NCBI GenBank assembly: GCA_965649765.1
Contig: OZ287758.1
Span: 33,418,001 to 33,482,000, forward strand
Length of the DNA stretch: 64,000 nucleotides
Source of the DNA: Bispira polyomma
Lineage: Eukaryota
Direction of reading: 5' to 3'
This document shows positions 25,301 to 37,309 of the stretch, in pieces. Below the pieces are notes generated by a model that saw only the letters and a list, made by a program, of their open reading frames with translations, ran no database searches and had not been told where the DNA came from. The position numbers and the translations under genes were made by a program. Position 1 is the first letter of the stretch. Each line of letters opens with the position of its first letter.

Positions 25301-27870
25301 ACCAGTTCCGGTTCTGTAAGAACCCTAGGGAAAATCAACATGTACAGAACATTTAATACCGCTGTCTTGTATCACTCACCATTGGAGTAACACATTTTAT
25401 ATGAAAAAAAAGAAAACAACTCACAATATGTTTGAAGATAGTATATGTTTTGCTGGTAACATATACTATTTAAACATTTCTTTAAACATTAACATTTGCT
25501 GTTAAATTTTATATTCTTGCTTAAAGATATTATACAGACAGTGACAAATAATATTCTGTCTTTTGTTTTAAGCTTTTTTGTCTTTATCTTTTTTCAATGC
25601 TATATTCTTAAAAACAATTATTTAATATAGATTACTGGATTATAAACGCCTTGGTTAGTGTGTAAAGAATAATCAGGTCAAGAAATTATAACTGTGGACA
25701 AGACTATTAACACCCTAGTTTCATGTTTTCGATTATCACTGCAAAATACTGTTAGGACACAATGCGGATTAGACTAATTGTATAAAACACTATTTAAAAG
25801 TATTTGAAGAGAGTTTAAAGAGTTACACATATTTTCCTTAACAAAAATGATATGCTTGAAGTAAGGTCATTGCACACTGCTTATAGAGGCTCTTTAAGTT
25901 CTGGTAGCCTCTCTTGAACATTTGTTATTTGTTTTAATTTACCTTCAGGTATTACCTAAAGTGCTAGTCAAGTAAGTACATTAATTCTACAATTTTAAAA
26001 CAAGTAGTTAAGATATACTACTCATACGTTTATAAAATGAAACAGGAGATTTTAGAACTGTTGTTGACACAACACTTATAAACACCCACAATGTTATTCA
26101 TACTAAGAGTCTAACATCTAAATAATAACTAGATAAAACTACGTTAATTAGCATCTTAGTTTTTGACAAATTCATGGTATTTGTAAAAAAATACTCAGTT
26201 AAGACACTCTATCTAAAAAAACTGTTTATTTTAATAGAATGGTAATGGTTTACAAATCTTTAATAGTTCGAAAGAGATGCAGGAATTAACTGTTGTAGAT
26301 TATGTGACTGTAATACAATGAATTTTATAAAATGATGAATTGCATGTTTACTTGAAATGTATTAATTGCATTATATATTGTATTATATTGTAAAATATGG
26401 TTCAACAAAAGACATATGTCCAAATAAGTTGTTTTATTTATCCCAATGCTATTACACAACTGTAGTCCTCCAGTGCATTAACTATAGTGTCCCTGTTAAA
26501 CTGAGTATAGATAATAATACAGGTCAACATAGATCCACACTCACCTGCCAGGGGTAGTCAGCAATGTCCACATCAACTCCACCAACGATAAACTGCTTCC
26601 TGGCCAGAGCGCCAGTGGCAAGACACAACACAGCGAGTACAGTCCACATCTGAAAAGCATGAAATACGTAGCAAAAGGGCAAAATATACATTACAATTAG
26701 TACATCTTTCATTAGTGTGGTTTGTTCAAAAGTTGTCATTACCTGTTTTTAAAAGGGTGGAATTATTATTTTAAAAATGACCATATGTTTTTATTATATT
26801 TTGAGATTGATGTATAAATATATACAAATACCAACAACACGAATAATATATGTGTATATTATTAAATGTTAAGGTATGTCTTTTAAACATAGTATTTATA
26901 TAATGTTTATATGTTTCCCCTTAAGTAAGTTGGAAGCCTCTGGCAGTGATATTTATATTGAAATATGCTCAGATTTGCAGCCTTATGTCCTTCACTTTAT
27001 TCTGGGGTTTTATCATGACATTAGTTTTGTTGGGTTTGACGTTGCTTTCAACCACTTAGTATATATTGTGACTGCCAGATTTAGTGGTGGAAAAAATCAA
27101 TAACCTAAGACAAGTACCTGGCAAACTTTTCCACATGAAGGAACGAATCAGATGCAAATGTGAAGCATCACTCATAACCACTAGGCTAACTCATGTCCTA
27201 GTTTTTATCCAGAACTTAGATCAGAATCAAGCTGGTATTTTAGTGGTACCAATCATATATATAGAGAGAAATTTATTACCCTTGTTAAGGGATTACTGAC
27301 TGACCACACAAATAAGAACATAAATCAGTCACTATGTAGTTCTATCACCAAATCAAATGACTACATTAACTGTTATTTAAACCTGTAATTAAAGTATTAA
27401 TACATTGTTAGTGATTGTAACATAACTATACATTCACGAAACTCTTATTAAAAGTACTTAAAATTATGTAAATAAATATATATACATATATATATATATA
27501 TACATATGTATAAATAAATCTAACCCCTTTTGACAATAATACACCTGAAGTAGTTGAGTTGTTCTGTTAGTACAACTCTTTATACTATGCGTATTACATT
27601 ACTGAAACAAACATCTTCCACCAACTCCTGATCTGAGTCGTATTCACAGAATGCAATGTTTAGAATTTTCTCAGTCTCAGCCAATGAAATTGTTTGCACA
27701 AATATTTTCAGCCAATCAAATTGGTTAAAATAAAAGTCTAAGAACAAGAATCTTAGTGACTACTACCTCAGCACAAATACACACAAGCATTTTTAAACTG
27801 GCCAGATTCAGCCAGTCAGATGGCTTTGTGAGTACTAGCCCAGGCATGTAGTTGTATCTGGCCTTACCAT
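22161..27870 (-). CDS. Secreted S1A serine protease (chymotrypsin/elastase-like, resembling annelid fibrinolytic/digestive proteases), 7 exons, ~249 aa, apparently intact
   Basis: Phase-compatible GT-AG exons: 27868-27870 (ATG), 26545-26649, 25236-25324, 24458-24536, 24023-24182, 23173-23324, 22161-22322. Spliced product has a signal peptide, IVGG, PWQ, SAAHC (His), NDIS (Asp), GWG, GDSGGP (Ser), TSWG and PSVY, with no stop or frameshift. Confidence 0.93.
23173..23324 (-). CDS. Serine protease exon 6
   Basis: taccag|(C)GGCALPTTLQGTQIPIIDDATCEAQWG...MICVWDGANGEIGSCN|gtgag. Confidence 0.92.
23490..23559. repeat. Perfect 34-bp inverted repeat with a 2-nt spacer in a protease intron
   Basis: 23490-23523 is the exact reverse complement of 23526-23559. 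Confidence 0.9.
24023..24182 (-). CDS. Serine protease exon 5 (catalytic Asp)
   Basis: tgacag|HPDYGSGPGFSPNDISVV...GWITGWGRT|gtatgt. Confidence 0.92.
24458..24536 (-). CDS. Serine protease exon 4
   Basis: ttacag|..SSVYSMEFGGTDRGDGTVFDVAAVTT|gtgatt; phases fit both neighbours. Confidence 0.85.
25236..25324 (-). CDS. Serine protease exon 3 (catalytic His)
   Basis: ccctag|GSYRTGTGSHTCGCVFVGGSWAISAAHCG(G)|gtatg; phase 0 to phase 2. Confidence 0.92.
26545..26649 (-). CDS. Serine protease exon 2: signal peptide, propeptide, IVGG N-terminus
   Basis: ttttcag|ATG; MWTVLAVLCLATGALARKQFIVGGVDVDIADYPWQ|gtgag. Confidence 0.92.
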
Positions 27871-27931
27871 TTATCTTCTTTGTCTTCAGTCAGATAATGT
27901 CTTGTGTTCTGCCCAGTGGGGGGTTTATATA
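27868..27931 (-). promoter_or_regulatory. TATA box and short first exon of the serine protease
   Basis: TATATAAA (27924-27931, minus strand) followed ~55 nt later by AAATG|GTAAG; the phase-0 donor fits the exon 2 acceptor. Confidence 0.7.
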
Positions 27932-28354
27932 CTAAATTCTGACACATTATCTACCAGAGTCACTAGTCAGAGCCAGAAGGATATAGATCTGTGTAGTTTA
28001 CCTCAAGATGTATTGTTCCTTTTCAGAGAGTTGAGCAACAGGGACAAATAGACATATGTGTAACAAGAAACAATACAGATACATCTGACCTTTTTGGATG
28101 ATTGGACTTAAGGATTGGTGTTTCTATCAATCCCTTATCACTATCAGTGAACTAATTTCTGTGAAACAATAAAAGTTCAAAATGTAGAAATTTAGATAGT
28201 AATTTTTTTAATCTTTTAGAGATAAAACATCAGGACCAAAGACTGGGGGATTGGTCTTCAGTTTTATCAGTACCCCTCTAGTATGTAGTTTACATTTTGG
28301 ATATCCTTGTGAATGAGCAGGTGTTGGAAATATTAATTATTTATTCTATGTTAA

Positions 28355-28617
28355 CCCTTTCGACCACAGGAGAAAATTATCGCTTGGAGCTGAAAGAAAT
28401 TTTTCGGGGTAAAATATCTTACGTCACTAACACACCTGCCAATGACTACTTCCAGCTTTCAATAATGGCCTCATATATAATTATTTTAAACAAATAAGTT
28501 TGCTGTACTTAAAGTCTCCTATTGCAAGGAGCTGAATGAAAATAAAAAAATATTTTTGGGGGTGTATTTTATGGGAGTAACAAATGTTGTCGACCAACAA
28601 CCTAGGGTTCAAAAAGG
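28355..28617. mobile_element. piggyBac-like MITE
   Basis: TTAA|CCCTTTCGACC ... GGTTCAAAAAGG|TTAA; imperfect TIRs. Confidence 0.5.
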
Positions 28618-28659
28618 TTAATAATAATTACTACAGTTATATACATACTATATTTAGTA

Positions 28660-29110
28660 AGGGAAGGCCACCTAAAGTTAACTTGATTGTATTTTAGTAT
28701 TCGGCTTATCAGCCATAACCTTTAAGGTGACCTTAACCTGATTTTAAGGTTAAGGTGAATATATAAGGTTAAGATGATCTTATAACATATAGTTAATATT
28801 TATTAAGAATATGAGTATTATATATCTTTGCATAAAACCTTATTTGTTATACAGATGCTTGCTTATTACGTTATCCATTAGGTCGGACTTGTTATTCAGC
28901 TGCTTGTTTATTACGTTATCCATTAAGTCGTACATGTACTCATATTGTTTTCAGTGTCTACTCTTTATTTATATTACTGAACCCAGCTACCCACTGTGAC
29001 ATGGTGAAGGCATTGTAAGATAGGCTAGTTTTGGATTGACCCCCCAATACAAAATGTTGGGGCCAGGGAACTTTGGATAAGTTCTTGGAGCGGTGAATCC
29101 ATAGCTGACT
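28660..29110 (+). mobile_element. Possible 3' relic of a YR retrotransposon
   Basis: TTAAGGTGACCTTAA/TAAGGTTAAG motif cluster and composition similar to 53150-53620. Confidence 0.35.
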
Positions 29111-29189
29111 GTATCTGGTGTGTCTTGGAGTACACTAAATCCAACATCTTTAGTGATCACTAAATCCATCACTTATATCACTAAATCCA

Positions 29190-29850
29190 CCGTCTTTAGT
29201 GATCTAAGCCCAACAGGCAGACTATTCCATAACATAGGGACGCACATAGAGAAAGCTCTACATCCAGCCCTTGTGGTGCGATTGAAGGGGTGGTTCAACA
29301 TTCAAGTTTGATCGGCAAAATAGGCCCCGATTTTGAGATCAGAAAAAAAAATTAATAATGTCATATTTTAGGTTCGTAAATGAAAGTGTGGGTGAGCTTC
29401 CAGATCAAACTCATTGCGTCCTATTTTGACGGGACACCAACCACAATCGAAGATGAAGTCTGTACTAAAACTCCCCCGGCCTCCCTGACCCAGTTTAGGA
29501 TCAAACTTACTGGCGATAAGATAGGCCGTATCGGCGTTAAGATCTGATGGATCTGTACCTCCTCCTCTTTCACGATTGTATTTCTAATAATCAAAGTCCC
29601 GCAAAATAACTGAAAAATGGTCTTATATTCTGCCCAACTGCCCCGTTCACCTTGTTTTTGCCCCCAACATACATTTTAACAGACCAGTGTCAGGACAGGC
29701 CTGGAGTGAGATTAGACCTATCAAACAGAACGTAATGACAATGAGATCAAATTTATTCTGCAATACCGACCTTACAGTTTTAGGTAGAAGAGCTAGTCTG
29801 GGGGAATTTTTGCAAATATTAAACAAGTTGGATATCCTTTCCGACTACCA
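29190..29850 (-). mobile_element. L2-like LINE remnant (endonuclease N-terminus joined to ORF2 C-terminus)
   Basis: NKFDLIVIT and RGGG (APE endonuclease-like), followed by GCRAFSMCVPMLWNSLP. Confidence 0.6.
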
Positions 29851-31789
29851 CATTTGCCCCGTTTTCGTCACCGGACCTATTCAAACTCGCCCCTTACCTC
29901 AAAATCAGGAAGGTTAGGAACCATATCGGCATAGTGGAACAATCGTTTTTACACACAAAACAGAAAGTCTCTTTCCTCTCTTGCGGTTACCAAAGTAAAG
30001 ATCAGTAGCAAGGTGGGACCGCTGTTTTGAGACAACAGTATTAAAAGTTAGATTTATGGATTTTAAATATTTGTTTGCTTGGCTCTGCTTGGCAATTGAA
30101 TCTTGAATTGAATTGGCGCCCAGTGTTAAAACAGAATGTACCCATATTAACCTGCATCTGTCCTAATTTTTAGTTATTTTTTAAGTTATACTTTGGCTAC
30201 ATCAAAATTAAATACACTTAGTTGTTTGGTAATATTTTAGATGTATTTTTCCTTGTTAATCCTTGTTTTTTTTGTCTTGATGTCAGGTAGATTTCTCTTG
30301 ATTAAATTTGCATATCTATTAGAATACGATTTGTTGTAAGCCTAGCTGAGACTTTAACAGAACAAGTGGCAAAGTGATAAGATATAGATAAGTTGAACAA
30401 TTAATCAATCGTCTTTTTAATAGTAGATTTAAAACTTGAGCACTCCCACAAAGTCATTTAGAGGACAAGTGCAGAACAATGACGTGTCTTCAGTTCAAAA
30501 TATGTTTTGAATAGATAAAAAGAACTAAGATAGGGGAAATAGTAATAGAGAAGAGGTAACAGTCACTCAAAATGTGCAAGAGTGGGAAGGAAACAGAAGC
30601 TGTGATAACACAGTGGCTAAAACAATGTCTTTCTTTATCAAAATTCTGTGACAAGACGTACCACTGTCTCCAGCAAAACCATCTGTTGGTTTGTTCAAGG
30701 CAAAGATAAACTATTGACATATTTCACTAGTGCCTAAATGTCCTCAAATTACAATTAAGTAAATTGTGAGAATATAACAGTTGCATCAAAATAATATGAT
30801 GAACAATGGAACTTAAGTGATGTTAAGTGATGTGTAAATTAATGATTGGCTTAATTTAGATATTTGATCTGCCCAAGTAAAGGCATCTGCTAAACCTCAG
30901 CATCAGTACATCAAGGTCGGTTAACGTTTACCAAAGAATGCTACATGTAGTCTTGGTCAGGTTGTAAAGATGTCCTTTTAATTCAACATAAATGCATGGG
31001 TCGGATGCTGTCAGTTTTTGAAACAAAATAATGCAAATAAGTTTAAGTAACAATATGACTTGTGATTGTTGTCTGATAACTCGTGGTGAAAAAACAGCAT
31101 AACTTTCATCATAATTTTACTCTTGGCGGATATGTAGACGTGACAACAACTTGGCCATGTATTAGGTCAAGATTACCGATTCTGAGCCTTCAGTAAAATA
31201 GATAACTGATGAACATGCAGCAATCAAACTGACAAACTGTAAGTAAAGAGAACTCTTTTAGGTAAATATAAAGCATTATGTGTGGTGTCGTTACATTGTA
31301 CTACTGACCATAAGTTGGTTTAGGTGTGGTCCTGTATTTTGCTGATGAGGTTATTACATTAAGTGTAATTTTTACTTTTAGCATTACTTTTGATATTGAT
31401 AATGTTTACTCTGTATGCATAAATCATAATGTATTGATATTTGTCATCCAACAAAATTATGTAGTTTAAAGATATTTTTATTTCCACTTGGCAGTAACAA
31501 TAATTTTATATTTAAGCCTTTTTGGTATGTTATTGTTACATAAAGCATTTTAAAAACAAAGTGTTACATAATATATCCAAACATGTAATAACTTGTGCAT
31601 TGACAGACAATCAGGTGAACTAGAATTATTCATATTGCTTGTTAAATGTTATATTTAACAATTTAACACAGAAAGTACAATGTATTGCATAAAGTTTGAA
31701 CTATTGTGTTGTATTGGCTAACTAATGCCTAATGACGGTGGCTAAGTTGTCGTCAAAACTTGTTTTTAACGAACGAATACAATAACAGT

Positions 31790-32628
31790 AAACTAACTTT
31801 CGCACTTGCACTAGCAATTTTAATTGCGATTTTAGAAAACTAATTGATGCGTTTTTATCTGTACAAATAAATAAAATAAAATCTCTCTCTATACATTACA
31901 AACAAGCCTTGTGTTGCAATAAAAAGGCCCCATGTAGCTTTTATTTGCAAGGCAACTGACGGCATTAGTTTGCAACACACCTCTCCATAATCACTATGCA
32001 ATGTGATTTTTAAGCTTACATTTTATTTGTAAGACCGAAAACTCACCTGGCGTTTCAATGCGCTGCACTGTGAGACAAATTAAAGGGTGATAAATGAAAT
32101 ATAAAGGTAGAACTCACAGTGCATTGCGATTATGGAGGAGGATGTTACGATTTTACACTTTAAGTTACTTTGCAAAAATAAGCTACATGGGGGCTTTTTT
32201 CTCACAATACAATAGTTGTTTCTAATGTACAACATATGGTAGTCTAAAGATAAATCAAACTCAGACATAAAAGGCAGGTAAAAAAAATGCATTAATTGGT
32301 TTTCCAAAATCGGAAATGGAGCAAAAATTGCTAGAGCAAATGCAAGCACAAATGCAGGTGAGTTTCCAGCCTAATGCCCAAAACTCAACTAGCGTTGTGA
32401 TGTGCTATGCTGCGAGGCAAAATAAAGTTAAAACTCACACTGCGTTGCGATTTTGGAGGAGGATGTTACGATTTTATACTTTGACTTGCGTTTAAAAACG
32501 CAAAAAATTTTTTCCAAAATCGCAAACGAAAGTAAAATTGCCAAAGCAAATGCTAGGCGAGTTTCCAGCCTAACTCTTTATTTTGCCTCGCAGCGTAGTG
32601 CATCGCAACTCTAGGTGAGGTTTGGGCC
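31790..32628. mobile_element. Cluster of Harbinger/Tourist-like MITE modules
   Basis: ~55-bp inverted repeats at 32375-32430 and 32575-32628 flanked by TAA/TTA; direct duplication 32110-32161 vs 32432-32482; inverted homology 31800-31850 vs 32300-32345. Confidence 0.6.
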
Positions 32629-33954
32629 TTAACACATACCAAGTGTGAATAGTGTGGATGTGTTCATACGGAAGGCCACTTTTTATGTATGCTTTTTATG
32701 TATGTGCCCAACCTGAAGTACACAAATATACAACAAATTTTTTAATGAGTGTAACTTTGTTTACTATTAAACTTATTCTTGAAACATCAAAACTTTCATA
32801 TTTTCCAAAAGAATTTCAGAAATTCTTTTAACATTTTAATCAATAATGATGAGAGTAACATTATGATACCGAGAATGTCATATCACTAAAATAGATATAT
32901 GATGTCACTTTCACCTGTAAATAACTCTGATTGAGGGTTGGTACTCTCGCCCTCCCAAAATTTTTGCACACATTGTACAAAAAAAAAAAAAATAAATAAA
33001 TTTTGAAAAAAATTTAATTTTTAACAGTTCGGGCACACTTTACAGCAAACGAATATAGTTTTTATTTTGGTATGGATATATAAATATAGCTTTATAACAT
33101 TTATTTGAATAATCATTTCATGGTCAGAATAGTGGGCGCAGAAGCCAAATAACCTTTGCAGTATAGTTTATCAATGACGGCTGAAGACAAATCATACTAT
33201 CCCCTCATCCTGAGGACATGAATAGTATTGATTTCTCTTCACATGCAATAAATGTAATAAAGTGGTTTACTCAGTTAATTGTCCTATTATAATGTGGGCA
33301 ACCTAATGTTAAAATCAAAAACCAATATAAATATAAAAACCAATTTAAATGCACTACTAAAAACGTTGCGTGTAATGGTTAAATTTATAAAGGTCATGGT
33401 TAAAGTATGAAAAGATTTACCCTAACAATATTAAACCTTACCAAAACGGACAAAAGTTTTTGTTTTCAAGAAGTTGTTTGCCACATCACATATAGATTAA
33501 GTCAAACCCAAAGTGTAAAAAATGAAGTTATTATTGGTGAGGGACTATCTCGATAGCTAGATATTTAGATTAAGTCTCAGAAGATTGTACCAAACATTTG
33601 GACCAACATCAGCAATGCTGTGAATGTTTGTCCTGGAGGTTGATATACCACAAAAAAACCTAATGGGTAGCGACCCAAGATTCAAATTAATGTAAATTTG
33701 GAATGAATACATTTAGCTTAATCATGTTTATGTTTTTTGTTTTGTTTTCCCCTTATATGTTATGTTATAGGAAATCACATTTGGGTTGGAATTTTAAGTT
33801 TGGTTCACGTCATGTATCTAATATTTGAACTTTCTGTTCTAACCTGATTGACGGCTGTAAGTTGTTCTGATAACATGTGCGATGGAATGAACTTATGTTC
33901 TTAGTATGCAGAATGAACTGATATTCATTTTGGATAACTTCAGGACGTGGGGTG

Positions 33955-34700
33955 ACCCCAAGCATTTGGGGCTTGGGTGATTCTAGTTAATTCATGGGCT
34001 TACATGTATCATTGTCTTAACTGTGTTTAGAGGTTAACTTATCTTACTTAAAAGGTAATGTTACACATGCTTAGCTTGCTATTTGTTAACTATTCTGGAT
34101 AAAATCTAGTATTTAGTTAAAGTTATTATTACTTGCTACATAGTTTATCCTAATTAAAATGTAGTATTTAGTTAAACTGAATTGCTAAAAGTTAACTTTA
34201 AACTTTTTAACCTTAAGTGACCTTACTTAGAGTCAACAGCCAAGGGCTATTGAGCATGGACAAAATCTTTTAAATCAAGTTAAGGAGACTTCACCAAATT
34301 CTCTAGTTAAAACATTTATTAATTATGGTAACCTTAAGTTACCCTAAATTGTTATTTTAGTTATGGTGACCTTGAGTCACCATAAATGTGTACATAGTTG
34401 TAGATTAACACTTTAGATTAACAATAAATGTTTCAAATCGCATCTTGTCCAGATACTTACCTGTGAGTTTTGACCCTGACCTCATCTAATCTGGTACACC
34501 AGGAACTGTAGCCAGCTGAGTTTCACCAGCCATAGAGGTCTGATCTTTTTGTTAATATGTGTTTTTGATATCAGGAATTCTGGGTTATGAGCATTTCTAG
34601 AGAAGTGTTAGGATGGTCCAGGTGAATGGAGCTACTAAAGAAGTGAAGACCGGATGTCAGGGATGACCATTATTCCCAAAGAACATTATTATATTAATGT
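33955..34700 (+). mobile_element. Probable solo 3' region of a YR retrotransposon
   Basis: TTTGGGGCTTGGG post-YR-like motif, TTAA/GGTNACC palindrome cluster like 53340-53530, then AATAAA; no coding remnant seen. Confidence 0.45.
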
Positions 34701-35959
34701 TCGAATTATTTGATTGTGTTTTATAAAATATGCATGTTTTTTTCCAGTTTTGTTATTGTAAATTGTGGGATATCAATGTCAAGCTCAAGGGAGTAAACTT
34801 GTGTAAGCTTGGCGATAACTTAGCCAGTGAGAACGCTACATTCTGGAGGCGGCCATGTTGGGTTTTGTTTACAACCAGAAGAAAGCAATAATTCCCCAAA
34901 ATTCTTAGTTTCATTTTTTTAGTCAATCAGAAAAGTACAAGTTTCTGTAGCGATATAAAATCCAAGTCTAGACAATAGACTTTGACTAAACTCTGACTTT
35001 TGACTATAAAAGGACATCATAAAATTATGGTGGATTTTATCTTGGCAGGGAAACCTAAAAGGGAGTTACATAAGAAGTTGGTTCCTTATTAGTCTTAATT
35101 TACTTTTGCTTATTTTGCTATGTTTTTGTTTGCTTAAATAAATGCTTTATTTTATTGTTAACTTTAGTAAATTTGTTGCCATCAATTATAATTTACTTAG
35201 GACACTACAATATTACATAAAATTAACACTGAAATGCTTGTAAATTTCAGTAACTAGGAAATTTTTCTTGGAAGCCAGAGGATATGAAAAAAAGATCTCC
35301 ACATTTATAAGGTCACATTTTTGCACCAGATATGTGCCCCAAAGTGCATAATTTATTTCATTATTTTATTAGTACAGGGTACAGAGAATACTTGTGTAAC
35401 ATGACATACAGGTAGAGAAAGAAAACGTACAAACTTAATTGAGTTGTATACTGGTTGAAAAATATATGATAATTTTGTACATACAAAATTCAACATATTA
35501 TTAATTTCCTCTGTTGTAAATATATTATTTTCATTCAGAAAATAGATCCCGTCTTCACTGACTGGCACCTTCTCGTCTGACTGGAACACCAAGACAGTTT
35601 ATATGCAAGACTGGTCTTGTCATTTATAAAGATTCTCACTCATAAATGTCTGTCTTAACCAAATGATTGTCTGAACGTATTGTTTTAAATAAATGCTTGT
35701 GAGTACAGGTCCCTTGAGCTTACCTGAAAATTGCTGACCATGTACCAGAAAGCTATAGGTAAAGCAAAGTCTGATAGAGTGTATGGAACAGTGTACGTAT
35801 TTATTGTAAACCAACAAGAAAATCCAAAAGCTCAACTGATATATATGATACATGTCCAATGACAACTTGATAAAAGGAATACCTGCGGTATTTTGGATTA
35901 GTTTATAAATATTTCTGAATTTGGGCTGATATAAAAATTGATTATATCAAATATATATT

Positions 35960-36146
35960 TATATTTTTATCGCCACAGGAAGGCTAACTTTGTATATAAG
36001 GCTTAGTGCCTTACTAATATTTACGATCTGGGGGTGGAGCTTAAACATGTTGAAAAACCTGTGGTTGTGTAGGCCAGTTAAAAATTTGCTCTTCACTGAC
36101 ACAGATATATATTATTATATTGTTCTTCGATTTCATGAATCAACAC
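35960..36146 (+). repeat. Interspersed ~185-bp repeat (second copy at ~47565-47740)
   Basis: Shared TATCGCCA..AAGGCTAA.TTTGTAT and an identical TTTGCTCTTCACTGACACAGATATATATTATTATATTGTTCTTC. Confidence 0.75.
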
Positions 36147-36479
36147 TAGTGGAAACAAGCAATCAGTGACTGATAAATCGCTAAAGTATTTGTTCGCTAA
36201 CAGTAAGTACATCAGCTGACAAAGTGAAAATTTGTACATCTCGATAAGTATGGGACGGAATTTAATTTTTAACAGTTTCAGTAAGTGTATAAAATACTCT
36301 TAATGGACATATGAATCTTTAAATTGTAGCTTTACTGGTAAGTTTATTGCTTCTCGAAAACAGTTTAGTCAGTTTAGTTAGACCCCTAGGTAGGCTTCAC
36401 CGGCTCCAAATAAAATATTGCTTTCAAAACGGCCCCTATCTATCCAAAATACATGCTCAGTCAGGACGAGGCGCAGTAA

Positions 36480-36829
36480 CCCTGATAAAATAATCTTGAT
36501 ATTCTCACTTTACACCCTCGCATCCACAAACACATTTTAATCATTGCCTTGCTCATGATGGTCCATTCATATGGAACAGCCTGCCTGATCATGTTCGCCT
36601 GGCTCAAACGTTCTCCTCTTTCAGGAGAAAGCTGAAGGCCTACCTTTTTAAAGAGGCCTTTTCACCTTAGCCATTGCAACTATTCCGGTAGTCTTCCTGG
36701 TTATGACCACCATCCGCCTACCGATTTTTGATTTTTTGATTAATGCTTAGGTTTTGTTGCGCCGTAGAATTTGTTGTACAAAGATTAAACACTATAAAAG
36801 TATGACTAGATTAAATTAGATTAGATTAG
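36480..36829 (+). mobile_element. L2 LINE 3' end
   Basis: WNSLPDHVRLAQTFSSFRRKLKAYLFKEAFSP* plus 3' UTR and (ATTAG)n tail. Confidence 0.85.
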
Positions 36830-37164
36830 CTTAACTGGCTTTATTGTTGGTAATCATGTCCAATAATAGAAGAGTGACTAAATCCTAAATATTGTTAATA
36901 TATCTACAATATTTGTAATGAATTAATATATCATAATAATTTCTTGATATATTCCTTTTTTATGTTTGTTTATACAAAATATAGTTTATTTGTTATGTGG
37001 TATGTAAATTCTGCAGACAGTATAAATAGACCAGAGTATGGTCACTGAATACTATTAATAAAATGCAATTTTAATTAGCATGTTTTCATGTTCCTTTATA
37101 TTATGTTCCTGTATATAAAATCTCTCAAGTTGGACTAGTTTTCAATTTTAATACAATACAGATC

Positions 37165-37309
37165 TTTTCACTTTAGCCGTCGCAAACATTCTGGTAGTCT
37201 TCCTGGTTATTCCCACCACCGTCCACATTTTTTTGATTTTTTGATTATTGCTTAGGTTTGTCACTCCTTAGAATTTGTTGTACGAAGGTTAAGGGCTAGA
37301 ATAGATTAG
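37165..37309 (+). mobile_element. Second, shorter copy of the same L2 3' UTR
   Basis: GGTAGTCTTCCTGGTTAT, TAGAATTTGTTGTAC and the AGATTAG tail are shared with 36660-36829. Confidence 0.8.
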
